From contig CAVYNY010000032.1 of NCBI GenBank assembly GCA_963769935.1, forward strand, positions 64,001 through 128,000: a stretch of 64,000 nt of DNA, read 5' to 3'. The first letter of the stretch is position 1. Every line of letters begins with the position of its first letter. A model generated the notes under the pieces. That model saw only the letters and a list, made by a program, of their open reading frames with translations, searched no databases and had not been told where the DNA came from. The DNA comes from an uncultured delta proteobacterium. Lineage in GTDB: Bacteria > Desulfobacterota > Desulfobacteria > Desulfobacterales > JAFDCJ01. The position numbers were made by a program, and so were the translations under genes. Shown one piece after another: positions 1-9,049 of the stretch.

Positions 1-722
1 TCGTAGCCGGAAATCCGGGAATAATTCCCCCTGAAAATCAGCGCCGGATCGAGTTTTAACCCTCGGGCTTCAAATGCGGCCTGGGCTCCGCAGAACCGGT
101 GGTAGCCGGTGGAAGTCTCCTGGGGCCCGGCAATCAGGGCGATACGGGTATGGCCCATGCTCAGCAGGTGTTCGGTAATCATGGCCGCACCCCGCCGGTC
201 GTCCACGCCCACAAAATCAAGCGGCTGGTCGCAGGGGCCTTCGTCAACACCTCTTAAAACGAGAACAAACGGCACCCCCCGTTTGCACAGGTCGTGGATC
301 ACAGGGTCGTTGCGCAGCGCCGAGCAGATAATCAACCCGTCCACCCCGCGATCCAACAGTTCATGGGCATAATGCTGTTCGATCCTGGGACCGCCGTTTC
401 CCACCGATGTTGCAATGACGCCGTAGCCGTCCTCCCGCGCCCGGTCGATGATGGCCTGGGTGATTTCAGCGTAAAAGGGGTTCAGCATCGTGGTGACCAC
501 CAAACCGAGGGTGGAGCTTTTTTGTCCGACCAGCGAACGGGCCAGCAGGTTGGGGCGGTAGTTGAGCCGCTCGGCGATAGCAATGATCTTTTTACGGGCG
601 GCACTGCCGACCCGGTTGGTTTCCGGATCGCGCAGCACCAGCGAAACGGTTGACGGCGAAAGCTGGGCCTCGCGGGCAATGTCTTTAAGGGTAGGGCGGC
701 TTTTTTTATCGCGTGTTTTCAT
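1..722 (-). CDS. LacI-family transcriptional regulator (runs off left edge of window)
   Basis: Not in the ORF track. Manual translation from ATG at 722 (alternative 725) gives MKTRDKKSRPTLKDIAREAQLSPSTVSLVL...LNYRPNLLARSL...GHTRIALIAGP, a LacI HTH plus sugar-binding domain, open to position 1. Confidence 0.93.
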   Translation of the reverse strand, partial: MKTRDKKSRPTLKDIAREAQLSPSTVSLVLRDPETNRVGSAARKKIIAIAERLNYRPNLLARSLVGQKSSTLGLVVTTMLNPFYAEITQAIIDRAREDGYGVIATSVGNGGPRIEQHYAHELLDRGVDGLIICSALRNDPVIHDLCKRGVPFVLVLRGVDEGPCDQPLDFVGVDDRRGAAMITEHLLSMGHTRIALIAGPQETSTGYHRFCGAQAAFEARGLKLDPALIFRGNYSRISGY

Positions 723-754
723 CATAATTGCCGTAGAGTTTTACAAAGGTAGAA

Positions 755-1477
755 TTAGATTCCGAGCAGCTGCTGTCTGAGCCGATCATTCGCCAACAGG
801 TCTTCGGCCGTACCTTCGTAGACATTTTGACCGTCATCCAGAACATAGACCTGCGTGCAGACTCGCAGGGCCAGCATGGAATTCTGCTCCACCAGCACGG
901 TCGTCAAATGCGTGGCGGTCAACTCCTTAATAATGTCCATCACTTCGCGGACTATCAGCGGGGCAAGTCCCTCGGAGGGTTCGTCCAGCAGGATGAGGCT
1001 GGGATTGCCCATCAGGGTGCGGGCGAGGCACAGCATTTGCTGCTCACCGCCGGAAAGGTTTTCACCCTTATGGTTCGCCAGCGATTTAAGGGCGGGAAAG
1101 TGCTGGTAGACCCGTTCGAGGTCCCAGTGAATTTGTCCGTCGGTGCCCTTTTTACGTGCAATTTCCAGGTTATTTCGCACGGTCAGGGTCGGGAAAATTC
1201 GGCGGTTGTCGGGCACCCAGCCCAATCCCAGATTGGCAATTTCATTGGTCGGCAGATGAGTGATGTCTTGGCCGGCAAAGCGGATGGTGCCGTTTCTGGC
1301 CGGGGTCAAACCGAGAATACTTCGCAGCAAGGTGGTTTTGCCGGCCCCGTTGCGCCCCAGAATGGCAACCGCCTCTCCCTTTTTGACTTCAAGCTGAATT
1401 TGATGAAGTACATGGGCTTCCCCGTAAAACGAATCAATCTTGTCGACCTCCAAAATGGTTTGCATCTCCGGCATCAA
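755..1477 (-). CDS. livF: Branched-chain amino acid-type ABC transporter ATP-binding protein (LivF-like)
   Basis: GRNGAGKTT Walker A, LSGGEQQM signature, LLDEPSEGLAP, LVEQN. Confidence 0.92.
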   Translation of the reverse strand: MMPEMQTILEVDKIDSFYGEAHVLHQIQLEVKKGEAVAILGRNGAGKTTLLRSILGLTPARNGTIRFAGQDITHLPTNEIANLGLGWVPDNRRIFPTLTVRNNLEIARKKGTDGQIHWDLERVYQHFPALKSLANHKGENLSGGEQQMLCLARTLMGNPSLILLDEPSEGLAPLIVREVMDIIKELTATHLTTVLVEQNSMLALRVCTQVYVLDDGQNVYEGTAEDLLANDRLRQQLLGI

Positions 1478-2217
1478 TCTATCCCTCCCAGGTAGGCCGT
1501 CTGCACTTCAGCGTTGGCTTTGATTTCCGCGGGTGCACCTTGCGCAATGACCCGGCCCTGATGCAGCACAATAATGGCGTCGGATATGGTCAGCACGATG
1601 TCCATGTCATGCTCGATAACCAGCACCGTCAGCCGTGACGATATCTTTTTGATGAATTCTTTGATCCGTTCCGTTTCCGAAGTGGGCAGGCCGGATGTCG
1701 GTTCGTCCATCATCAGCAGCCTGGGCTCGGATGCCATGGCGATGCCGATCTCCAGGACACGCTTATCCCCGTAGGAAAGGGTTTTGGTGGGCAGGTCTTT
1801 GACGTCGGTTAAGCCGATCTCCTCCAGGACCGCATTGGTATCCCGGTTGATGTCGGCAAATCCCGCGGCCGGGCGAAAAAAATTAAAGCTTCTCTTTTTG
1901 CGGGATTGAACGGCCAGGCGGATGTTTTCGGCCGGTGATATTTCGTTGAATATATTCAACACCTGAAACGAACGCACGATACCCTGATTGACGATCTTGT
2001 GGATCGGCCAGCCCGAGATATCCTGACCGTCAAAAAGAACCCTGCCTTTATCGGGCCGGTACAAGCCGGTTAACAGGTTGAAAAGGGTGGTTTTGCCCGC
2101 GCCGTTGGGGCCGATGATCGACGTGATTTTGCCTTCTTCAACCCTGAAACTGACATTGTCGTTTGCCATCAGGCCTCCGAAGTGCTTGCTGATTCCGACA
2201 GCTTCGAGAATGGCCAT
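1474..2217 (-). CDS. livG: Branched-chain amino acid-type ABC transporter ATP-binding protein (LivG-like)
   Basis: GPNGAGKTT, LSYGDKR, MMDEPTSG, IEHDM, C-terminal VQTAYLG. Confidence 0.92.
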   Translation of the reverse strand: MAILEAVGISKHFGGLMANDNVSFRVEEGKITSIIGPNGAGKTTLFNLLTGLYRPDKGRVLFDGQDISGWPIHKIVNQGIVRSFQVLNIFNEISPAENIRLAVQSRKKRSFNFFRPAAGFADINRDTNAVLEEIGLTDVKDLPTKTLSYGDKRVLEIGIAMASEPRLLMMDEPTSGLPTSETERIKEFIKKISSRLTVLVIEHDMDIVLTISDAIIVLHQGRVIAQGAPAEIKANAEVQTAYLGGID

Positions 2218-3227
2218 TATTCGGTCCCCTTTAATTCAATTGACGCCGGCTTAAGTTCTTTCGAACTATCCCGGGCCCCGGATTTACCAACCTTGAGATA
2301 ACCCAGAATACCTTCGGGCATAAACAGAATGATCCCCACGATGAGCAATCCATAAAACAAATACCAATGCTCGGTGATGGTCGAGAAAATATCCCTGAGG
2401 GCAATGAAAATGATCGCGCCCAGAACCGGACCGAAAAAATTGGTGAGACCACCGCCGATAATAACCATCATGACAACATCTCCCGAGCGGGTCCAGTGAA
2501 TCGAATCGGCAAAGGCACCGTGGGTGAGCAGGGCATGCAACGCACCGGCCAGTCCGCCGAAGGCACCGGAGATAATCCAGGACAGCCATTTGAATAATGG
2601 TGTGTTGTAGCCCAGGTATTTGGCTCTCAGCTCGTTTTGCTTGATGGCATAGAATACGGTACCCAGCGGGGAGTGGATCAGTTTCCACAGCAGTATGATG
2701 CTGGCTGCCAGAATGGCGAACACAAAATAATAAAGCCCCAGCGAGCTTTCGATCCTGATGTTGAACAGGCCGAAAAAGCTCAATGGGTAGCGTTCGATGC
2801 CCATCAAGCCGTTTTCTCCTCCGGTAACCGCGTCCCACTGAAACGCGATAAAAAAGAACATCTGGGTAAAGGCAATGGTCAGCAGGGCATGATAAATGCC
2901 CCTTTTTTTCGCCATAAAGACGGCCAGCGCTGCGGCGATGACCGCACACCCCAGAATGCTTCCGGCCAGCGGTATCCAGATTCCTTTAATGAGGTTATGT
3001 TGCATCAGGCCGAACAGATACGCGCCGCTGCCGAAAAACAGACCATGGCCGAAGGAGGGCAGTCCCGTGTAGCCCAGCAGGATGTTGAATCCCATGGCAA
3101 AAATTGCCCAGATCATCACCTCGATGGCCAGCGACATACCGCCCAGCGGCATCACCACGACCGGTGCAATAAAAAAAACAGCCAGTGTCAGGAACAGCGG
3201 GTGTCGAATGGAGCGCGAGACATTCAT
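2217..3227 (-). CDS. livM: ABC transporter permease (LivM-like)
   Basis: Hydrophobic protein with GYTGLPSFGHGLFFG, TGGENG and AIKQNELRA motifs, located in the liv operon. Confidence 0.9.
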   Translation of the reverse strand: MNVSRSIRHPLFLTLAVFFIAPVVVMPLGGMSLAIEVMIWAIFAMGFNILLGYTGLPSFGHGLFFGSGAYLFGLMQHNLIKGIWIPLAGSILGCAVIAAALAVFMAKKRGIYHALLTIAFTQMFFFIAFQWDAVTGGENGLMGIERYPLSFFGLFNIRIESSLGLYYFVFAILAASIILLWKLIHSPLGTVFYAIKQNELRAKYLGYNTPLFKWLSWIISGAFGGLAGALHALLTHGAFADSIHWTRSGDVVMMVIIGGGLTNFFGPVLGAIIFIALRDIFSTITEHWYLFYGLLIVGIILFMPEGILGYLKVGKSGARDSSKELKPASIELKGTE

Positions 3228-3241
3228 GTAGCAACCCTCAT

Positions 3242-3500
3242 TTTTACTCTACCATTGAAAACCTGGTTCTCTTAGCCAGGTGAGAGATAACGGGCTTAGC
3301 CGTAATCGAATGACATGGGGTAATGGAATAATGGAATGTTGGAATGTTGGGTTTGGCGGAATTAAATCTGTTTTTATATTGATGCCACGGATCAGAAAAT
3401 TTGATCAGCCCACCATCCTCTTGTAATTTCCAATCTTCCATTTTTCTCTCCGATCCGTAGGCTCTGCGAGCCGGAGGCCACCATTCCATGATTCCATGTG
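3242..3500. repeat. Composite intergenic palindromic repeat element (TGGAATA/TGGAATG tandem facing CATTCCA tandem, with inner CTCCG...GCCGGAGGC module)
   Basis: aatggaataatggaatgttggaatgttggg (3322-3351) faces ccattccatgattccatg (3481-3498). It also contains aaacctggttctcttagccagg, resembling the 16041/59562 repeat. Confidence 0.65.
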
Positions 3501-3566
3501 CTGCCTGACGGCCAAAACCACCCATCTGGAGTTAAGTCAAAGCCCTGTCCTTTGATCCGGCAACCG

Positions 3567-4436
3567 CTACTCTTCAAGCAACGATTTTTCCCCCATGATA
3601 CCGCGGGGTCTAAGCACCAGCACAATGGCCATGATAACGTACATGGACAGCTCGGACATGCGCGGCCAGACCAGAATGCTTAAGCTTTTGGAAAGCCCCA
3701 CGATTAGACCACCGATGACGGCACCCCAGAAGCTTCCGATCCCCCCGATTACCACCACCACAAAAGAGGGCATGATCACCTCGGTTCCCATGGTTGGTTT
3801 AAGACTCCACATGGGACCGGCAATCACCCCGGCGATGCCGGCCAGAAAAGCGCCCAGGCCGAAAACCAGAGTGCGCAGTATGCCCAGATTTTTGCCCAGC
3901 GCCAGCACCATCTCACTGTCCGAAACACCGGCCTTGATGATGGACCCGTAGGGTGTTTTTTCCAGGAAAAGCCAGACCAGAAACAGCAGAATCATGGAAA
4001 GCACCGCTAAAAACACCAGATACTTCGAATACCACAGGATGCCGAGGTTAATGGGGCCCGACGCGAAGGTCGGCGGCGCCAGTGAATGGCCGGCTTTGCC
4101 CCAGATCATGCGGATAACTTCCTCTATAGCCATCGCCAGTCCCAAGGTCAGCAGCAGGCCGAACAGAGGGTCTTTGCCGTAAACTCGCCGAATACCGAAT
4201 CGCTCGATGGCAAGCCCCAAAAGGCCGACAAAAATGGGGGCCAGGATCAGGGCCGGCCAGTAGCCCACAATTTTTTGCAGCGAAAGCGCGAAATAAGCGC
4301 CCAGGGCAAACAGGGCGCCATGGCTGAAATTGATCACTTCCATGACGCTGAGAATCAGCATAAACCCCAGGGCCATGACACCGAAAAGCAGGCCTAAAAC
4401 AAGGCCGTTAAATAACTGCGGTAGTAATTCTGCCAT
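3567..4436 (-). CDS. livH: ABC transporter permease (LivH-like)
   Basis: QLFNGLVLG, VINFSHG and VVVIGGIGSFWGA motifs. Confidence 0.9.
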   Translation of the reverse strand: MAELLPQLFNGLVLGLLFGVMALGFMLILSVMEVINFSHGALFALGAYFALSLQKIVGYWPALILAPIFVGLLGLAIERFGIRRVYGKDPLFGLLLTLGLAMAIEEVIRMIWGKAGHSLAPPTFASGPINLGILWYSKYLVFLAVLSMILLFLVWLFLEKTPYGSIIKAGVSDSEMVLALGKNLGILRTLVFGLGAFLAGIAGVIAGPMWSLKPTMGTEVIMPSFVVVVIGGIGSFWGAVIGGLIVGLSKSLSILVWPRMSELSMYVIMAIVLVLRPRGIMGEKSLLEE

Positions 4437-4452
4437 AATCTGAACACCTCAT

Positions 4453-4617
4453 ATGAAACTTTCTTAAATTCGATGCCATTTTTACGAAGTGTCTCACCGC
4501 TGAGAGCGCAGCCTCCGGCCCTATGGGCCGGAGGCTGCGGGCTCTGCGGTGAACTATTATGTTTCTTTTTCGATCAGACCGGCCGTTGTTTTGGCCGGCG
4601 GCTGGGCTGACACCTGA
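4453..4617. repeat. Dispersed ~165-bp intergenic repeat, copy 1 (copy 2 at 49811-50027)
   Basis: Near-identical blocks atgaaact..aaatt.gatgccatttttacgaag...caccgctgagagcgcag and ggccctatgggccggaggctgcgggctctgcggtgaactattatgtttctttttcgatcagaccggccgttgtttt occur at both sites. Confidence 0.92.
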
Positions 4618-4627
4618 TTACGTGCGA

Positions 4628-5881
4628 CTATTCTTTGTACGGCTCGAGCTGACAGGGGTTTTCTTCCCGGCTCAAGACCACGTCTGCACCCTTCATGAAG
4701 CCGATAACCTTGTAAAAATCGGATTTGTCCCCGGCGGCCAGTTCTTCCGGAGTTTTCATGCGGGCGATGATCACATCCTGGACGAACTGGTGATCCCAGG
4801 GCCGGATGTAAGTCGGGTTGAGCTTCATATTGTCTTTGATGGTCCAGCCTTCCAGGGCTTTGATAACATCGTTGGTGTTGAGACTGTTGGCCCGGATCGC
4901 GGCCCGCAGCAGTTCACGGGCGCCGATGTATCCCTGGTAGGTGTTGTTTTCAGGTACCGGAAAAGCGGCATCGGGCCAGCGTTTTTGATAGTTGGCCACA
5001 AACTCTTTGACGCCGGGCGCATCGATGGTGTGATACCACTCAACGGCGAAGGTCCCGATGGCTTTGTCCGGGCCCACGGCCCAGGCATCGCCGTAATCCA
5101 TCAGGCTGAAGCCCCACCGAAAGTCTTTGTCCATGCCGAACTGTCTGATTTGCTCGAACATGGCCGAGCGGTCCAAACCGCCGATGGTGCACATGATCAT
5201 GTCCGGTTTGGGGTTCAGGTTTCTGATCTTGATCAGATAGGAGCTGAAGTCCCGCGTGCCCATGGGAATAAGGGCCTCGCCCATGTCCTTGCCGCCTTCC
5301 TTTTTAAGAATTTCGCGGAAGGAGGCGGTTCCGGAGCGTCCCCAGGTGTAGTCGTGGGTGATAAAATACCAGTTTTTTCCGAAATTCCTGGCAATGTAAG
5401 GTGCCACCGCCCGGACCAGCATGGTGTTGTTGGGGCCCACCCTGAAATTGGTCCGATGGCAATACTTGCCGGTGCATTCGTCGGAGTTGGTATTGGTATT
5501 GAAGTAAATGGTATTGCCGCGTTGCGCGACCTCTGAAATGGCAATGGCCACCGAGGAAGATACCCCGCCCAGCATGAAATGAACCTTGTCGCGTTCTATC
5601 AGTTTCTGGGCCTTGCGCGCACCGGCCGCCGGATTGGTTTCGGTGTCCTCCACGATCATCCGGACCTGTTTGCCCAGCACACCGCCGGCCGCATTTATCT
5701 CTTCGACCGCCATAGTGATTCCGCGCCTTTCCGCAGCACCCAAATCGGCGTAATTGCCGCTGGCCGGGCTGATGACACCCAGCCGGATCTCATCGTCGGC
5801 CGCCGTGGCGGCAACGACCGTCAACCCCAAGGCCAACACGACAATCAGGATAAATCCTATTGATTTTGTAAAAGTTTTCAT
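4628..5881 (-). CDS. ABC transporter substrate-binding protein (LivJ/UrtA-like periplasmic binding protein)
   Basis: Signal peptide; EEINAAGGVLGK, GGVSSSVA, DYTWG and IRPWDHQ motifs. Confidence 0.92.
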   Translation of the reverse strand: MKTFTKSIGFILIVVLALGLTVVAATAADDEIRLGVISPASGNYADLGAAERRGITMAVEEINAAGGVLGKQVRMIVEDTETNPAAGARKAQKLIERDKVHFMLGGVSSSVAIAISEVAQRGNTIYFNTNTNSDECTGKYCHRTNFRVGPNNTMLVRAVAPYIARNFGKNWYFITHDYTWGRSGTASFREILKKEGGKDMGEALIPMGTRDFSSYLIKIRNLNPKPDMIMCTIGGLDRSAMFEQIRQFGMDKDFRWGFSLMDYGDAWAVGPDKAIGTFAVEWYHTIDAPGVKEFVANYQKRWPDAAFPVPENNTYQGYIGARELLRAAIRANSLNTNDVIKALEGWTIKDNMKLNPTYIRPWDHQFVQDVIIARMKTPEELAAGDKSDFYKVIGFMKGADVVLSREENPCQLEPYKE

Positions 5882-6005
5882 TTTTTTCCCTCCCTTGAAT
5901 GGCTCGGTTTATATTTGCAGATGGAAACGGACCCTTTGACGTGTACAAGAATTATCCGTTGTTCGGCACCCCCTTTCTTTTCCCTGGTTTTCCCTGATTT
6001 TGTAT

Positions 6006-6285
6006 AAACTCCAAATCTGCAACTCCAAAATTTTAACTTCAAAATCTCAAACCGCAAATCTCAAATTCCAAATTCCAAATAAATCTTAAATTCCAAACCT
6101 CAAATTCTAAACAAATCCTAAAGTTTTATCGAGCAATTCAATTCTACTGTTTATGACAGGCTTAACTTGTCCTGAATTCAGGCTGGCGGAAGCACTTTGC
6201 TGTGAGTCAAAATCTGTTTGGGTCATTGGAGCTTGGAATTTAGATATTGTTTGATATTTGTTTATTGGAATTTGGAATTTTTATT
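6006..6285. repeat. Heptamer (AAATTCC/AAATCTC) tandem array facing its inverted complement (GGAATTT)
   Basis: aaatctcaaattccaaattccaaataaatcttaaattccaaacctcaaattctaaa (6056-6110) faces ttggagcttggaatttagat...ttggaatttggaattt (6226-6279). Confidence 0.75.
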
Positions 6286-6358
6286 TTCAAAGACTCAACC
6301 ATAGTTTGCCTATCCAGTTACTGTTTTAAAAGTACATGTGGGACGCACCAAGTCTTAA

Positions 6359-7144
6359 CTAGTGTGCGGTCCAGCCGGCATCCACCAGCAGCACATGGCC
6401 GGTGACCATGTTGGCGATCGGCGACGCCAGGTACAATACCGCTCCGGCAACATCATCCGGCTTGCCGAAGCGCTTCAGCAGATTTTTGGCCAAAGCGTAC
6501 TTTCGAAATTCGGGATCGGCCAGGAAATCTCTGGTCAGTTCGGTTTCAATGAAAGTCGGTGCCACGGCGTTGACCAGAATTCCGTGAGGCGCCCAATCCA
6601 TGGCCAGGACTTTGGTGATCAGATTCAACCCGGCTTTGCTGGCGCAATAAACCGCCCGCTTGGCCAGGGCAACCGAACCGGTTTGAGAGGAGATATTAAT
6701 GATCCGTCCGCCCCGCCCCTCGGCGATCATCACTTTGCCGACGGCCTGGGCCAGGAAAAATGCACCTTTAAGGTTGATGTTCATAACGGCGTCCCAGGCT
6801 TCTTCGGTAACATCGACCGAATCCTGGGGGATGTTGATGCCGGCGTTGTTGACCAGGATATCGATTGGGCCCATGGTCCCGACGATTTTTTCGGTCAACG
6901 ACGGCAGATGCTGCGTTTGGGTCAGATCGGCCGGAAAGGCCACCGCCTGCCGTCCCAAGCTCCGGATTTCCTCGGCCACCGCATTCAGTTGATCCTTGCT
7001 GCGGGACACCAATGCCACGTCTGACCCTGCACGGGCAAGCGCCAGGGCGGTGGCCCGTCCGATGCCGCGGCCGGCACCGCTGATCAGGGATATCTTGCCG
7101 CCAAGATCAAAGTATGGGAAATTGGTTTCGTTGGATGCAGCCAT
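6359..7144 (-). CDS. Short-chain dehydrogenase/reductase (gluconate 5-dehydrogenase/HpsO-like)
   Basis: SGAGRGIG, LVNNAG, YCASK catalytic motif, VDAGW. Confidence 0.9.
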   Translation of the reverse strand: MAASNETNFPYFDLGGKISLISGAGRGIGRATALALARAGSDVALVSRSKDQLNAVAEEIRSLGRQAVAFPADLTQTQHLPSLTEKIVGTMGPIDILVNNAGINIPQDSVDVTEEAWDAVMNINLKGAFFLAQAVGKVMIAEGRGGRIINISSQTGSVALAKRAVYCASKAGLNLITKVLAMDWAPHGILVNAVAPTFIETELTRDFLADPEFRKYALAKNLLKRFGKPDDVAGAVLYLASPIANMVTGHVLLVDAGWTAH

Positions 7145-7344
7145 AAAACACCTTTCGCCGGCAGAATTAAGTTGAAGGATTGGGTGATTGAATTGTCAAA
7201 CGGTTCCGGAGGGCCGCTGAAGTCCGCTTCCTTGACCGGCCGGCCGCGGACAAGCCAGCGATCGGCTTGCATGAGCCGGCGTTGGTCCGGTTTAACCTTC
7301 CACTAAGTTTGACGTGGATATTATGAATATCAGCTACAGTTGTG

Positions 7345-7389
7345 AGATAACGTTCAACTTGGTGTAGCATCCCATATGGGGAGTGTCAA
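7345..7389 (-). promoter_or_regulatory. Putative sigma70 promoter for the SDR-ABC-LacI operon with an overlapping LacI-type operator
   Basis: On the minus strand, TTGACA (7389-7384) is 17 nt from TACACC (7366-7361). A palindromic AACGTT core at 7349-7354 lies near the predicted start site. Confidence 0.4.
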
Positions 7390-7533
7390 GCCAAAAAACA
7401 ATGCCCATTTTGCTGTAGACATTAGTCAAACGATATACTAAGTTGGGGCCGTAATCACCGGTTCCGGCATACCCAATCCAGGGAGCCGAATAAGTCCAAC
7501 TTCAGAGCCGGCAAACCTTTCAAGGAGGATGCT

Positions 7534-8805
7534 ATGCCCGTGTATCTTAAAAAAGCCCAGGAAAGGCCGGCGGAAGATCTTTCTCAGGTAAGAGAAACGG
7601 TTCGCCGGATCATCGAAAAGGTCAAACAGGAGGGAGAGGATGCCGTCCGCCATTATTCGAAAGCCTTTGACCAGTGGGCACCCAAAAGTTTTAAAATATC
7701 TGAAAATGACATGCGTTCGGCCAGGGATAAACTGCCGGCCTCGATGGCCGAAGATATCGACTACTGTCAGGCCCAGATCCGCAATTTCGCCCGGGAGCAG
7801 ATGAAGCGCCTGGTGGACTTCGAGGTGGAGTCGATGCCGGGGGTTTGGCTCGGGCAAAAAATAATTCCGGTGGCATCTTCGGGTTCCTATGTTCCCGGCG
7901 GCCGCTATCCCATGCTGGCTTCGGCTCACATGACCGTCATCACGCCCAAGGTAGCCGGCGTCTCACGGGTGGTGGCCTGCACGCCGCCGGTCAAAGGGGA
8001 GGGCATCTACCCGGCCACGCTGTACTCGATGGTGGCCGGCGGCGCAGACGAGGTTTTTTGCATGGGGGGCGTGCAGGGCCTGGCCGCCCTGGCCTACGGC
8101 ATGCAGGGCCTCGAACCGGTGGATGTCGTGGTCGGTGCCGGCAACAAGTATGTGGCCGAAGCCAAACGGCAAATTTTCGGGGATGTCGGCATCGATCTGC
8201 TGGCCGGACCGACGGAGATACTGATCATTGCTGATAAAACCGCCGATCCATCCATCCTGGCGGCGGATTTGCTGGGTCAGGCCGAACACGATCCCAACTC
8301 CAGGCAGTGCCTGATCTGCCTTTCGAAAGCCATTGCCGAACAAACCCTGCAAGAACTTGAAAAACAGCTTAAAACCCTGCCGACCCGGGAAGTCGCGGCC
8401 CAATCCTGGGGCAATTACGGCGAAGTCGTGGTGGTGGATTCCCGCGAAGAGGCTGTTGAGCTGAGCGACCGCTGGGCACCCGAACATCTCGAGGTCCAAA
8501 CTGCGGACTGGCGTTATTTTCTGGATAATTGCAGGAACTATGGCTCCATGTTCTGCGGCGAAGAAACCACCGTTGCCTATGGCGACAAAACCATCGGCAC
8601 CAACCACGTACTGCCGACCATGCGGGCGGCCCGATACACAGGCGGCCTTTATGTCGGCAAGTTCGTCAAAACCGTAACTTATCAGCACGCCACCCGGGAG
8701 GCCTCGCTGAAAGTGGCCGAAATCTGCGAGCGCGCCTGCAATTACGAAAACATGCTGGCCCACGGTCTCAGCTGCCGGGTCAGGATTGATAAATACAAGA
8801 GTTAA
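7534..8805 (+). CDS. hpsN: Histidinol dehydrogenase-family protein, most like sulfopropanediol 3-dehydrogenase HpsN
   Basis: YVPGGRYPMLASAHM, EAKRQ.FG.VGIDLLAGPTE, DLLGQAEH and AYGDKTIGTNHVLPT...ARYTGGL.VGKF.KT.TYQ. These match the HpsN subfamily (from memory) better than biosynthetic HisD, and no his genes are nearby. Confidence 0.75.
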   Translation: MPVYLKKAQERPAEDLSQVRETVRRIIEKVKQEGEDAVRHYSKAFDQWAPKSFKISENDMRSARDKLPASMAEDIDYCQAQIRNFAREQMKRLVDFEVESMPGVWLGQKIIPVASSGSYVPGGRYPMLASAHMTVITPKVAGVSRVVACTPPVKGEGIYPATLYSMVAGGADEVFCMGGVQGLAALAYGMQGLEPVDVVVGAGNKYVAEAKRQIFGDVGIDLLAGPTEILIIADKTADPSILAADLLGQAEHDPNSRQCLICLSKAIAEQTLQELEKQLKTLPTREVAAQSWGNYGEVVVVDSREEAVELSDRWAPEHLEVQTADWRYFLDNCRNYGSMFCGEETTVAYGDKTIGTNHVLPTMRAARYTGGLYVGKFVKTVTYQHATREASLKVAEICERACNYENMLAHGLSCRVRIDKYKS

Positions 8806-9049
8806 TGAATCTTCGGCTTAACAAGGATCTACCGTATTGTGATCGTGTCGAATTGCCAATAGCGTGGTAGTGTTGGAGTACTGGAGTATTGAAGTAATGA
8901 ATTGGGCTTTGACGTCAATTCACTATACCCCAACACGGCAACTCTCCAGTACTTGAATCAAGGCTTTTATCAACTTAGGGCAATCTCATAATTGCCTCTT
9001 CATTGATAAGAATTTCAAAAAACCTTTAGGTTAAAAAGGAGGAGATCTC

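Noticed and set aside
3244..3625. Short ORFs in intergenic repeats (e.g. 3244-3525, 10469-10870, 17647-17928)
   Set aside because: They are translations of palindromic/heptamer repeat elements with low-complexity products and no RBS.
6006..6285. CRISPR array in the repeat-rich intergenic regions
   Set aside because: Units are 7-9 nt degenerate tandems without unique ~30-nt spacers, and no cas genes are present.
7534..8805. Biosynthetic histidinol dehydrogenase hisD
   Set aside because: Motifs (ASAHM, YGDKTIGTNH, YTGGL.VGKF) and the catabolic context fit the HpsN-like branch better; not fully excluded without a tree.
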